From Alphaproteobacteria bacterium (GTDB lineage: Bacteria; Pseudomonadota; Alphaproteobacteria; MPNO01; UBA830), in assembly GCA_964291215.2 (NCBI GenBank), contig OZ219790.1, positions 352,001 to 416,000 of the forward strand: a stretch of DNA of 64,000 nt, written 5' to 3'. Below are positions 29,993 to 40,084 of the stretch, piece by piece. Position 1 is the stretch's first letter. Each line of letters opens with the position of its first letter. The translations under genes and the position numbers were made by a program. The notes under the pieces were generated by a model. The model made no database searches. It was not told the DNA's origin and was given only the letters and a program-made list of their open reading frames with translations.

Positions 29993-30792
29993 GGCTGCTC
30001 GTCGGGATGGGACTGGCTCTGGGCGTTCGCCAGATCTTCCTCCGAGGGGTGGCCGCCGAGATCGGCCAGCGCCTGCATCAGCTCGCTGATGACCTGGTTC
30101 AGGCGCGCCGGATCGGTCCCGCGCACCACCACCGAGACCCGGAAACCCTCTTCGCGCATTTGCGGATAGGATCCGATGTCGATCTCCGGAAAACGCGCCT
30201 GAAGAGCCCCCAGCGGTTCCGCGATCGTGCCTTCCGGGAGGTCGACGACGAGGCCTCTCGAGCGTACGACAGCGCCGCCCTGCAGATAGCGCTTCGCCTC
30301 CTCGAACATCGCGTGCATGATGCGCGGCACTCCTGCCATCACGAAGACGTTGCCGAGCTTGTAGCCCGGCGCCGCGCTCACCTCGTTCCTGAGCAGCACC
30401 GCGCCTTCGGGGAAGGTTGCCATGCGGAGCCGCGCCTCGTTCATTTCGGACCGGCCACGCCTTGCCATGTAGCTCTGCAGGAGATCGACGATTTCCTGCT
30501 CGCGGTACATCCCGACACCGAACGCCTCGGCGATACATTCCGAGGTTATGTCGTCATGGGTCGGCCCGATGCCGCCCGTAGTGAACACATAATCGAACTT
30601 TGTGCGGCACTCGTTGACCGTATCCACGATGGTTTTCCTGATGTCCGGAATGACGCGGGCCTCCCGCATCTGCACGCCAACCTCGTTGAGGCGACCGGCC
30701 AGATAGGATAGATTCTTGTCCTGTGTCCGACCGGAAAGGATCTCGTTGCCGATCAGAATCAGACATGCAGTAACGGTTGTGTCCGCGGACAT
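29989..30792 (-). CDS. Competence/damage-inducible protein A family (molybdopterin-binding domain)
   Basis: GGAGG RBS; IGNEILSGRTQDKN, TTGGIGPTHDDIT, MAGVP and IGSYP motifs. Confidence 0.93.
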   Translation of the reverse strand: MSADTTVTACLILIGNEILSGRTQDKNLSYLAGRLNEVGVQMREARVIPDIRKTIVDTVNECRTKFDYVFTTGGIGPTHDDITSECIAEAFGVGMYREQEIVDLLQSYMARRGRSEMNEARLRMATFPEGAVLLRNEVSAAPGYKLGNVFVMAGVPRIMHAMFEEAKRYLQGGAVVRSRGLVVDLPEGTIAEPLGALQARFPEIDIGSYPQMREEGFRVSVVVRGTDPARLNQVISELMQALADLGGHPSEEDLANAQSQSHPDEQP

Positions 30793-30873
30793 CGGTCCTC
30801 CACAATAGCTGCACCTGTATAGCCGAGCCCGGAAAATGTTGAAAGCGCGGGAGCGTACAGCTATGTTCCGGCG

Positions 30874-31575
30874 ATGGATTTTCCCGATCCGCTGGTCCGC
30901 GGCACCTTGATCCGACGCTACAAGCGCTTCCTGGCCGATGTCGGACTCGACAGCGGCGAAACCGTGACCGCCCATTGCCCGAATACCGGCACCATGCTCG
31001 GCGTCTGCGAACCCGGTTCGGAGGTCTGGCTGTCGCCGACCACAGACCCCGCGCGCAAGCTGCGTTACAGCTGGCAGATGATTCGCGTAGGCGACCATCT
31101 TGTCGGCATCAATACCCAGAACCCCAACCGCATTGTCGAGGAAGCGATCAGAGACTTCCGGATTCCGGAACTGGCCGGCTACGGCGCCATCCGGCGGGAA
31201 GTGAAATACGGCAGAAACTCGCGGATCGACATCCTGTTGCAGGAACCGGGAAAACCGGACTGCTATGTGGAGATCAAGAACGTCCACCTCATGCGCGAGG
31301 ATGGCATCGCGGAATTCCCCGATGCCGTATCGGCGCGCGCGGCAAAGCACCAAGGCGAACTGGCCGACATGGTCGAGTCTGGTCACCGCGCGGTGACCTT
31401 CTATCTGTGCCAGCGCCAGGACTGCGGCAGCTTCCGCATCGCCGGCGACATCGACCTAACCTATGCGAAGGCCGTACGAGCGGCCCGTGACAGGGGCGTG
31501 GAAGCCCTCTGCTATGGATGTATACTGACGCCGGACGCCATTTCCATCGGCGACGCGCTTCCGCCCACAACGTGA
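30874..31575 (+). CDS. sfsA: DNA/RNA nuclease SfsA
   Basis: RRYKRFLADV, AHCPNTG, REVKYG.NSRID, YVEIKNV and FPDAVSARAAKH motifs. Confidence 0.96.
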   Translation: MDFPDPLVRGTLIRRYKRFLADVGLDSGETVTAHCPNTGTMLGVCEPGSEVWLSPTTDPARKLRYSWQMIRVGDHLVGINTQNPNRIVEEAIRDFRIPELAGYGAIRREVKYGRNSRIDILLQEPGKPDCYVEIKNVHLMREDGIAEFPDAVSARAAKHQGELADMVESGHRAVTFYLCQRQDCGSFRIAGDIDLTYAKAVRAARDRGVEALCYGCILTPDAISIGDALPPTT

Positions 31576-31620
31576 ATGCCGCCGCCCGGTTGGCGCCTAT
31601 CACAGCAATATCCGGTCCGC

Positions 31621-32451
31621 ATGAACGAAACACCCGCCGCATTCCCTGAACCCGACGACGCCAAGCCCCCGGGAATCGTCCTTCACGGACCCGACGAATT
31701 CGCCGCCATGCGCAAGGCCGGCCGCCTGGCCGCGGAATGCCTCGACATGATCACCGAGCACGTGGTCCCGGGCGTGACCACTGCCGAACTTGACCGCATC
31801 TGTCATGAGTTCACCGCCAGCCACAATGCGATTCCGGCGCCACTGGGTTATCGCGGGTTTCCCAAGTCCATCTGCACTTCGGTAAATCACGTTGTCTGTC
31901 ACGGCATACCCGGAGACCGCGTCCTGCGGAACGGCGACATTATCAACATAGACGTCACGCCGATCGTCGACGGCTGGCACGGCGACTCGTCGCGCATGTA
32001 TGCAGTCGGACGTATCGGCGTCAGGGCGCAGCGCCTGATCGACATCACCCACGAGGCGCTGATGCGAGCCATCGAAATCGTCCGACCAGGAACAACGCTC
32101 GGCGACATCGGTCATGTCATCCAGCATTTTGTCGAGGGGCAGCGCTTCAGCGTCGTCCGCGATTTCTGCGGCCACGGCCTCGGCCGGATCTTCCACACAG
32201 CGCCCAGCGTTCTTCACTACGGCAATCCCGGCGAGGGCATCAAGCTCCGCGAGGGCATGTTCTTCACGATCGAACCGATGATCAATGCCGGCCGCCCGGA
32301 AACCAAGATTCTCAAGGACGGCTGGACGGCGGTAACGCGGGACCGTTCCCTGAGCGCACAGTTCGAGCACACGATCGCGGTAACTTCCGACGGCTGCGAG
32401 ATATTTACGCTGTCCCCCAAGGGGTTCGACAAGCCGCCCTACAACACCTGA
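31621..32451 (+). CDS. map: Type I methionyl aminopeptidase
   Basis: FPKSICTSVNHVVCHGIP, IDVT..GWHGDSSR, FCGHG, FTIEPMIN and SAQFEHT motifs. Confidence 0.97.
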   Translation: MNETPAAFPEPDDAKPPGIVLHGPDEFAAMRKAGRLAAECLDMITEHVVPGVTTAELDRICHEFTASHNAIPAPLGYRGFPKSICTSVNHVVCHGIPGDRVLRNGDIINIDVTPIVDGWHGDSSRMYAVGRIGVRAQRLIDITHEALMRAIEIVRPGTTLGDIGHVIQHFVEGQRFSVVRDFCGHGLGRIFHTAPSVLHYGNPGEGIKLREGMFFTIEPMINAGRPETKILKDGWTAVTRDRSLSAQFEHTIAVTSDGCEIFTLSPKGFDKPPYNT

Positions 32452-32493
32452 ACGCGCGGTTCGCCCTCGCTGCGCCAGAAATCCTCCCCGATC

Positions 32494-33354
32494 CTACCGG
32501 CCCTGCAGAAAGAGCACTTCCGGTTTTCTGGGCACCGTCCGCAGACTCACCGTGATCGTGTCGCTGTTATGCCACCGCACCGGCCATTTCTTTCTGGCCC
32601 GCGCGACAAAGGCCTCGACGCCCGTCATCGAACCGTAATGCATCGGTATCACAAGACGGGCGCGGAGATCCGTCAGCACGCGGAACAGCTCGTCATGGCT
32701 CATGGTCCACATGCCGTCGATCGGGGCGAACGCCACGTCGATGATACCGAGTTCCCGCAGCTGGTCCCTTGACAGGTAGTGATGCAGATGGCTGATATGT
32801 ACAACGCACAAGCTGACGGCCTCGATCACGAACATCGAATTACCGTTGGCGAGCCGCCCGCCTCCCATATCGCGGAGGTTGGTCGGCACATTGCGCACCC
32901 GGATGTCGCGAAAACGGAGATCGTGGCGAGCAATTCCTCCCGCCGGGTCCCAACCTCGCAGAACATGGGGAATCGCACTGTCCGGAGAGACCGAGTAATG
33001 CGTGTTGTGCGCGTTGTTCATGGTCACGATGTGCGGCGTCCGCTCACCCTGCACGTAGTCGTTGTAGTCGGTATGGACGAGTGCGCCCTCCGGACTTTCG
33101 ACCTCGAACGTCGAGTGTCCGATAAAGCGGATGTGAAGCTGGTCTCGGGCAAGGCCCGTCGTGGCGTTATCAGTGGAAGCGAGCCGGACATGGGGATGAA
33201 AGAATGATGGCACGCGCTGGCGCTCGACCATCCCTGCACAGGACGCAAACACTTGGGGCGCCGCACCCATGAGAAGGCAACAAGAGAACAGCAGGTGGAA
33301 CAGCCATCCGCGCAACCGGACCCCCAATTTTCTCGCGGCAAGGAATTCCTGCAT
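32494..33354 (-). CDS. MBL-fold metallo-hydrolase, probably exported
   Basis: Signal-like N-terminus; FIGHSTF, NNAHNTH, HISHLHH and VIPMHY motifs. Confidence 0.85.
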   Translation of the reverse strand: MQEFLAARKLGVRLRGWLFHLLFSCCLLMGAAPQVFASCAGMVERQRVPSFFHPHVRLASTDNATTGLARDQLHIRFIGHSTFEVESPEGALVHTDYNDYVQGERTPHIVTMNNAHNTHYSVSPDSAIPHVLRGWDPAGGIARHDLRFRDIRVRNVPTNLRDMGGGRLANGNSMFVIEAVSLCVVHISHLHHYLSRDQLRELGIIDVAFAPIDGMWTMSHDELFRVLTDLRARLVIPMHYGSMTGVEAFVARARKKWPVRWHNSDTITVSLRTVPRKPEVLFLQGR

Positions 33355-33573
33355 GTCCGGACTCCCGCATTAGAGCGGGACCGCCGGTGACGGGGAGTCG
33401 GCACCGTCGCGGCCGCGCCGTCAGGTTAGCAAGGACCCAATCATACCGACAGGGCAGAGTTGCACAAGCGGCATTTCGGCGGCTCCCGGTAGCGATGGCT
33501 GACCGGCGGGCTCCACAGGAACCCCGAGATGCGGATCGATACCGCGATCGGACAGATGGACGCCGGGACGTTC

Positions 33574-34566
33574 CTACTCGAACGGCAGCAGAACCGTTGC
33601 TCCGGTCGTTCGCCGAGCCTCGATCATGCGGTGAGCCTCGGCCGCTTCGCGGAGTGGGTAAGCATGATTCACGGCGGCCTTGACTGCTCCGCTCTGGACC
33701 ACCTCGAACAGCTCCCCAGCCCCTGAAACGAGGTCCTCCCGCCTGGCCATGTAGTGCATGATGGCCGGCCGCGTGAGGAACAACGAGCCGCGCGCGCCGA
33801 GCTCAATCACATCGACCGGATCGGGCGGGCCGGAGGCATGACCGTAGCTTGCCATCATGCCGAGCGGACGCAGGCAATCCATCGAGCGGCGAAACGTGTC
33901 CTTTCCGATCGATTCATAGACCACCGCACAGCCTTCGCCATCGGTCACATCCCGGACGGTTGCAACGAAATCTCCCTCGCCGTGAACCACCGCGTAGTCG
34001 CAACCGGCAACACGGGCCTGTTCCGCCTTTTCTGCAGTGCTTACGGTCCCAATCACGATTACACCGAGATGCTTGCCCCACTGGCAAAGAATCTGACCCA
34101 TGCCGCCCGCGGCAGCATGCACAAGGATCACGTCGCCAGGCTTCACTCTGTAGGTTCGCCGAAGGAGATATTGCGCGGTCAATCCCTTGAGCATCAGGGC
34201 CGCAACATCCCGTGCCTCGATTCCGTCAGGCACCCGAACCACTTTTTCCGCCGGATAGATCCGTTCCTGACTGTACGCGCCGTGCGGCGGCATGGCGTAG
34301 GCGATCCTGTCGCCCGAAGACAAGCCTTCGACTCCTTCGCCGATGTCGACAACCACGCCCGCGCCCTCGAAACCGAGCACAAGGGGCAATGCAGGAACCG
34401 GCCAAGGGTGCGACATTCCGCGGCGGTGGTAGGTATCCACGTAATTTACCCCCACCGCCTCGTTGCGAACGCGTACCTCGCCCCTTCCAGGCGCCCCGAC
34501 CTCGACTTCTTCCCAGCGAAAGACGTCAGGAGCGCCCTTCTCATGGATTACTGCCGCCATCGGCAT
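33574..34566 (-). CDS. NADPH:quinone oxidoreductase (zeta-crystallin/Qor family)
   Basis: GVNYVD, LGFEGAG, VHAAAGGMG, SYGHASG and GSLFLTRP motifs. Confidence 0.93.
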   Translation of the reverse strand: MPMAAVIHEKGAPDVFRWEEVEVGAPGRGEVRVRNEAVGVNYVDTYHRRGMSHPWPVPALPLVLGFEGAGVVVDIGEGVEGLSSGDRIAYAMPPHGAYSQERIYPAEKVVRVPDGIEARDVAALMLKGLTAQYLLRRTYRVKPGDVILVHAAAGGMGQILCQWGKHLGVIVIGTVSTAEKAEQARVAGCDYAVVHGEGDFVATVRDVTDGEGCAVVYESIGKDTFRRSMDCLRPLGMMASYGHASGPPDPVDVIELGARGSLFLTRPAIMHYMARREDLVSGAGELFEVVQSGAVKAAVNHAYPLREAAEAHRMIEARRTTGATVLLPFE

Positions 34567-35047
34567 TCGAACTCTCCGTAGCCGGTTGCAGAATGGCGCA
34601 AGATAACAGCAAGCCGCACTGCCTCCAACGCTGGCACGACATTGCGACTTCAGCCGCCAATGTCCTGACGCCGCGGATCAAGGGGTGGCTGGTCGCAGGG
34701 CTCACGGATCGGCCACGAACCGGGGAGTACCTCGCGGGGCGCTTGCCTGACACTGCAACAATGCCGGACCAGGCGGGAGGCGCCTACCCTCGGAGACGGC
34801 AGTCCAGAAATTTCCCATTGTCCGGCACCGCCATAACGGCATCGGGAGACTGCTCAAGCGGCGCGAAACCGCATGCCGTCCTCGGGCACCGAACTAACCT
34901 GGCTTGGAAATTGCCCGGATCACCAAGCCTAGTGCTGCCGCGGCGATTGAAACGACCCGGTATGTCTTCCGGTCTGTTCCTGTTCACCCCTTGGCCGCAT
35001 CCGCTTGGCCTGCGGTGGTCTCCCGGGGGACCGCCAAGCCTCCGGCT

Positions 35048-36373
35048 TCACGGATTTCCGAAAACATCCCATTCGACGAGCAGCTTCTGCACGCCCCGGA
35101 ATGTCAGGGTAGGAATGTACTCCCATTGCTGGCCGGGCACCAACCGCATGTGCGGCAGCCGCCGCGCCAACTCCTCGAGGACGATCCTCAACTCCAGCCG
35201 CGCAAGCGGTGCGCCCATACAGAAATGCGCACCGTGGCCGAATGCCAGATGCCTTTTTGCCTGCTTCCGGAAGATATTGAAACTGTCGCCGTCAGCAAAG
35301 ACCTTCCCGTCACGGCTGCCCGAACCCAGCGCAGTCAGGATCCTGGCCCCCTTCGGAATGTCTAGTCCTCTGATCCTGGTGTCCCTCGTGGCAATGCGCC
35401 GCCATGTGAAGATCGACGAATCGTAGCGCAGAATCTCCTCGACCGCAGCGGGAATCAGGCTGGGATCCTCACAGATCGCCTCCCACTGCCTGCGGTCGGC
35501 AAGCAGCGCCTTCATACCGTTGGCGGCAGTCTGGGTGGTCGTTTCATGGCCGGCAAACTGCATCAGGAACATGACGTTGCAGAGATAGTTGACCGTGAAG
35601 ATGCCGGGATCCTCGCGGTGGAGACGGACCAGATCTCCCAGGTAGTTGTCCCCGGGATCTGTCAGCGCGTCATCGACCAGTTTCTTCGTGAAGGCCCAAT
35701 GCTCTCCCATCTGCGCCATCATCCGAACCTGTTCGGCTTCGGTCGGCCGGCCCCAGTTGACGACGGCCCTGGACGAGCCGAGCCTCTTGACCATGACCGC
35801 CTTGTCGTCATCCGCGCCGAGAAAGATGAAGATGGCGAGCGCGGGAACCTCATAGAGCATCTGGCCTACCAATTCCGCACGGCCATCATCGACGAAACGG
35901 TCGATATAGTCGCTGACGATCTCGCGGATCCTGGGCTCGATCTCGGCCACGCGCTTCGGTGTAAACGCATCGCCGAATATCTTGCGGTGGCGAAGATGCG
36001 TGTCCTGCTCCTCGTCGACGAGCGACGGCTCGATCGAGATGTCGAGGCTGTCGCGCATCTCTGCCGCCGCCGGACACAGCGGAGTTACCGGATGCCTGGC
36101 AAGCGCGGCCGAAAACGTTGCCGGATCGCGCAGGACAGCTACGATATCGTCATAGTTGAGAACGACCCAGTAACCGGACTCGGGATCGTAGAAGACAGGT
36201 TCCTCGTCCCGGGCGCGCCTGAAGAACTTGAAGGGATCGGCAACATGGGAGGCGCCAAAAGGGTCGAACTCGGCTGCCATTCCCGTAACCGGGCACGCCG
36301 GCCGCGCCTCGCGGCTCGCAGCCCATTCCTCCGGGCTCGACTGAAACATTCCCAGATTCTGGTCGTCCGACAC
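35048..36373 (-). CDS. Cytochrome P450, CYP116-like heme domain without fused reductase
   Basis: AGHETT I-helix, EEILR, heme motif HLAFGHGAHFCMG; CPV..AAEFDPF, WGRP..EQV and FRG..L.VEWD..NP recall CYP116. GTG start after GGAGAGG. Confidence 0.93.
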   Translation of the reverse strand: MSDDQNLGMFQSSPEEWAASREARPACPVTGMAAEFDPFGASHVADPFKFFRRARDEEPVFYDPESGYWVVLNYDDIVAVLRDPATFSAALARHPVTPLCPAAAEMRDSLDISIEPSLVDEEQDTHLRHRKIFGDAFTPKRVAEIEPRIREIVSDYIDRFVDDGRAELVGQMLYEVPALAIFIFLGADDDKAVMVKRLGSSRAVVNWGRPTEAEQVRMMAQMGEHWAFTKKLVDDALTDPGDNYLGDLVRLHREDPGIFTVNYLCNVMFLMQFAGHETTTQTAANGMKALLADRRQWEAICEDPSLIPAAVEEILRYDSSIFTWRRIATRDTRIRGLDIPKGARILTALGSGSRDGKVFADGDSFNIFRKQAKRHLAFGHGAHFCMGAPLARLELRIVLEELARRLPHMRLVPGQQWEYIPTLTFRGVQKLLVEWDVFGNP

Positions 36374-36556
36374 GCAACCTCTCCGATCCGTTTGCGAAGC
36401 CTATTCGTTAGTGAACCTAAGCTTTCAGGACGCCAGATGCAAATTTCACGCAACAGAAACCGGACTGCGCGGAGGGCCGCGCGGTATACCGCGACGACGG
36501 GCGCCAACGTGCCGAAACCTCCGTCGGCAACCCTTCGCCAACAGTAACTGCCCACC

Positions 36557-36587
36557 AAAAGAAACGGGGTGCCCAACGGACACCCCG
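36557..36587 (-). terminator. Rho-independent terminator downstream of the UbiD-family gene
   Basis: Minus strand CGGGGTGTCC-GTT-GGGCACCCCG followed by TTTCTTTT. Confidence 0.75.
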
Positions 36588-36634
36588 CCCCTGATGTCAT
36601 GTCCAGCCAGAACGCGTGTCCGACCATCAGGTTC

Positions 36635-38212
36635 CTAGCGGCCGGTCCGCGCCAGGCTCTGGACCCAGCCCTTCATGCGGTCCTTGGCATTGGCGATCTG
36701 CCCATCGTCGAACCACTTGGAGAGCGAAACCTTGTCCACGGCATAGACGGGCCGCAGGAAGTCGCTCTCGTAACCGAACGGAACGGTCGCATCAATCCCC
36801 ATCCCGCCCTCGAAACGGGTGTTCGACGCGGTCCATTCCTTGTCTCCGGCGGTCATGCGCTCGGCAGGCATGAAGGTCTGGCCGCGCCCCCCCGGGATCG
36901 GATTGAGGATGTCCGTGTGGGGGTTCACCCGGGTGGTCATATTCCACATGATGTCGTCCATGTCATACGGATCCGAATCCTCGGACACGGCGAAGCACAG
37001 GCGCGAGCCCTGCGAGGTGGAGAGGATTGCCGCCATGAAGTTGCGCTGCCACCCCTCGTCGATCTTGTTCCGCTTCTTGACCTGGATGATGGCACCGCCC
37101 CAGTCCGTCATGCAGTAGGGGATGACGACATCCTGGATGATTCCGGGCTGCATGCGCTCGCAGAGCGCGAACATTGCCGCCTCGCGGACCGTCGTGTCGA
37201 TATTGTGGTCGTCCAGCGTATGTACGCCGAGCGCGAAGATGATCGGCTTGGTGGCCGCCTTGCGCATGGTGACGGCGGTGACATGGAAGGTCGGCGCCTT
37301 GTAGGCCTTGCCCATGTAGCCGGCCCATTCCGGATGGAAATGGAAGCGTCCCTGAATGCCGGCCTCTTCGGCTTCTGCAGTTTCGTAGCGGCGGTCGCGC
37401 GGATTGACGTAGCCCTCGAGCACAACCTCGCAGTCGGCGACGGCGTAAGCATCGACCGTGCGCGCCTTCACGAGACGTACGGGCTGGCCCTGCACGGCGC
37501 CGGCGATTCCGATCTCGTCACAGCCCTGCGGCAGGATCACATAGTCGAACCCGGCCCCCGCCAGCAGCGTGCAGCTCGGCGGCAGGCCGAAGCACATCGT
37601 GATCGGAACCGGCTCGTCATCCTTGTAATGCTTGGACACCACCTGCCACATGTGCGAGCCTGGCGAGATCTGGAACGTGCCGACATTGCCCCAGCGGAAG
37701 TTCATGCGGTTGTAGCCGAGGTCCGTTCCGCCGTCGAAATACTTGCCCGCCACCACACGGTTGCCGGAGCCAACGGTCAGTTCGGGCTCGTATTCGGTGT
37801 GCCGGATCGGCACCATGAACTCGTTGACGTCGGCGGGGTTCTCGATCACCTCCTCCTGGCAGGGCGCCTCGTCCTGGCCGATCTCGACAGGTGGCAGCGG
37901 ATGTTCGAGCGCCCACGCAAGCTTGCGCGTGCGATCCGTGTCATCGGTCCAGCCAAACATCTTGTTGATGATGTTCATGTCCCCAAAGAGATTGGTGACC
38001 ACCCGGTGATTTGGCTTGTTCTTGACGTTGTTGAACAGGATCGGACAGCCGCCGTCCATGTTCTTCTGGATAGCCGTGATCTCCAGATCAGGATCCACTT
38101 CGACATCGGTCTCGATGAGATCGCCTTCCTGCTTGAGCCACTCAAGAGTGCCCCGGAGATCAACAATCAGTTCCGATGCCATGCCCGGCATCTCGATTTG
38201 CGCTGCACACAT
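36635..38212 (-). CDS. phtDa: UbiD-family prFMN-dependent decarboxylase, phthaloyl-CoA decarboxylase-like
   Basis: GAGGAG RBS before MCAAQ. Blocks YNRMNFRWGNVGTFQISPGSHMWQV, QGRFHFHPEWAGYMGKAYKAPTFHVTA, GGRGQTFMPAERMT and terminal SLARTGR match my recollection of PhtDa/Pcd. UbiD call secure; substrate call needs an alignment. Confidence 0.82.
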   Translation of the reverse strand: MCAAQIEMPGMASELIVDLRGTLEWLKQEGDLIETDVEVDPDLEITAIQKNMDGGCPILFNNVKNKPNHRVVTNLFGDMNIINKMFGWTDDTDRTRKLAWALEHPLPPVEIGQDEAPCQEEVIENPADVNEFMVPIRHTEYEPELTVGSGNRVVAGKYFDGGTDLGYNRMNFRWGNVGTFQISPGSHMWQVVSKHYKDDEPVPITMCFGLPPSCTLLAGAGFDYVILPQGCDEIGIAGAVQGQPVRLVKARTVDAYAVADCEVVLEGYVNPRDRRYETAEAEEAGIQGRFHFHPEWAGYMGKAYKAPTFHVTAVTMRKAATKPIIFALGVHTLDDHNIDTTVREAAMFALCERMQPGIIQDVVIPYCMTDWGGAIIQVKKRNKIDEGWQRNFMAAILSTSQGSRLCFAVSEDSDPYDMDDIMWNMTTRVNPHTDILNPIPGGRGQTFMPAERMTAGDKEWTASNTRFEGGMGIDATVPFGYESDFLRPVYAVDKVSLSKWFDDGQIANAKDRMKGWVQSLARTGR

Positions 38213-38239
38213 CTTGTATTTCTCCTCTTGCCGCTTCGA

Positions 38240-38292
38240 TTGCCGCGTTTGTCGGCGGCGGAAGCGGATCGGTTGCCGCGTTTGTCGGCGGC
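38240..38292 (-). repeat. Two identical 20-bp hairpin-forming repeats in the 5' leader of the UbiD gene
   Basis: TTGCCGCGTTTGTCGGCGGC at 38240-38259 and 38273-38292 (33-bp period). Confidence 0.85.
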
Positions 38293-38567
38293 CGGAAAAC
38301 CTCCCGGAAGTACATCCGGAAAGTGATTGACAGGCCGGTGCGTTGGAGAAAATGGGTTCCAGAACGCTGCGTGGACCAGTTGGTGATCCTGCGCCGACGG
38401 CGCGCAGCGCCGCTCTTTTCCGCCAGCCTGTAGGCGTCCTGGTATCGCAAACTTGTTGCAAATGCAAACATGACGAACGCCGCGAGCCCGGATGTGGCGC
38501 GGTTCGCGGCCAAAACGCTCGAAGCGCTGCACGCATTCTTCTGCCGGCGAGCAGCCGGCGCAGGGAT

Positions 38568-39764
38568 TCAGGCAGTGGCCTTCTTGTCAGCCACACGAGG
38601 CGAGAATCTCAGCCACACGGTGACCACCAGCACGATGACGACCAGCGGCGCCATAACCAGATTGACCGCAACCCAGCCGATCATCTCCTGGACCATTCCC
38701 GCCGTGACGACGCCGACCGAAATCGTTCCCCAGATGACAAAATCGTTGAACCCCTGGACCTTGGCCTTCTCCTCGGGTGTGTAGGTCTCGGTCACAAGCG
38801 CCGTGCCGCCGGTGAACAGGAAGTTCCAGCCGACACCCACCAGCACCATCGCCGAAAGAAAGTTCAGGAATTCGATTCCGGAAAGGCCAATCACGATGCT
38901 GCCGAGGCACAGCACCGCCCCCGAGATCAGGATATTGTCGACGCCGAACCAGCCGATCAGGTGCCCGGTGATGAAGGCCGGCAGATACATGCCGAGCACA
39001 TGGGCCTGGATCACGTAGGACGAATCCGAGAACGTGAAGCCGCAAACGCTCATCGCTATCGGCGTCACCGTCATCAGGAACGACATCACCAGATAGCCGA
39101 AGGTCGCTGCGCACACCGCAATCAGGAACTTGCGCTGGCGCACTATCTCTATGAGCGGCCGCCCCCGCTTCTGCCGCGACCGGCGTACCGGTTTCGGAAT
39201 GTCGACGAAGCTGACGACGAAGGCGACAGCCAGATAGACGATGATCAGGGCTGCGAATATTCCGGCAAATCCGACCGGAAGGATATCGACCGTATTGCGC
39301 GCCAGGGTCGGTCCAAAAAACGCCGCGAGCACGCTGCCGGCGAGCACGTAGGAGATGGCCTTGCTGCGGAACTCCACGGTTGCCGTGTCGGCGGCGGCGA
39401 ACCGGAAGAAATGGCAGAACCCGTTGAAACTGCCAATAAGCGCCGTAGACACGCAAAACAGCACGAAACTGCCCGTCATGATCGCATGGACGCCGACTGC
39501 CGCACCGACAACCGCAATTCCGGCGCCGGTAATGAACCCGATCCGGCGGCCCACCCGCTCCATGTACAGCGAAGCCGGAATCGTGGTCAGCGCCATGGCC
39601 ACGAACTGCAGGGCGATCGGCAGCGTGACCAGCACCTTGTCGGTCGTCAACAGGATGCCGCCGATGATCGGCGCCGAGGCGATGATCGCCGAGGTCGACG
39701 TCATGAACAGGGCCTGGCAGCAAGCAAGGAGCAGAATGTTCCTCCGGACCGGATTGACACTCAT
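38568..39764 (-). CDS. MFS transporter (RfnT-like subfamily)
   Basis: AGGAG RBS; many hydrophobic segments; ERVGRR, FRFAAAD, HVLGMYLP and GVGWNFLF motifs. Confidence 0.92.
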   Translation of the reverse strand: MSVNPVRRNILLLACCQALFMTSTSAIIASAPIIGGILLTTDKVLVTLPIALQFVAMALTTIPASLYMERVGRRIGFITGAGIAVVGAAVGVHAIMTGSFVLFCVSTALIGSFNGFCHFFRFAAADTATVEFRSKAISYVLAGSVLAAFFGPTLARNTVDILPVGFAGIFAALIIVYLAVAFVVSFVDIPKPVRRSRQKRGRPLIEIVRQRKFLIAVCAATFGYLVMSFLMTVTPIAMSVCGFTFSDSSYVIQAHVLGMYLPAFITGHLIGWFGVDNILISGAVLCLGSIVIGLSGIEFLNFLSAMVLVGVGWNFLFTGGTALVTETYTPEEKAKVQGFNDFVIWGTISVGVVTAGMVQEMIGWVAVNLVMAPLVVIVLVVTVWLRFSPRVADKKATA

Positions 39765-40084
39765 GGCGAACCACTCCTTCCTGGCGACAGATAGCAAATC
39801 GCTGCACCATTGTAACAGGCCTGCAATACGCCATTTCCTCCGGCGCCGGATGCCAGGCCGTTCCCTTCGCCTCCGTCCGCCCGCGCCGCGTCGATTCGCC
39901 GATGGCGCTTTTTCCCGGCGAGCAGGAAACGCAGGCATTCATGTACCTGCCGGATCCGGACATCGCTTGACGGAGTCGAAACACCTCTTTCAGGCTCGGT
40001 TTCCCGAAACTGCAACCTTGGTCGGAACAGGAAACGGCCCCGATGTCGGACCCGCCCCATCACAGTCCGGCCGCACGCGCTGCC

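Noticed and set aside
38240-38292. CRISPR mini-array
   Set aside because: Only two 20-bp repeats with a 13-bp spacer and no cas genes; no array was seen anywhere in the window.
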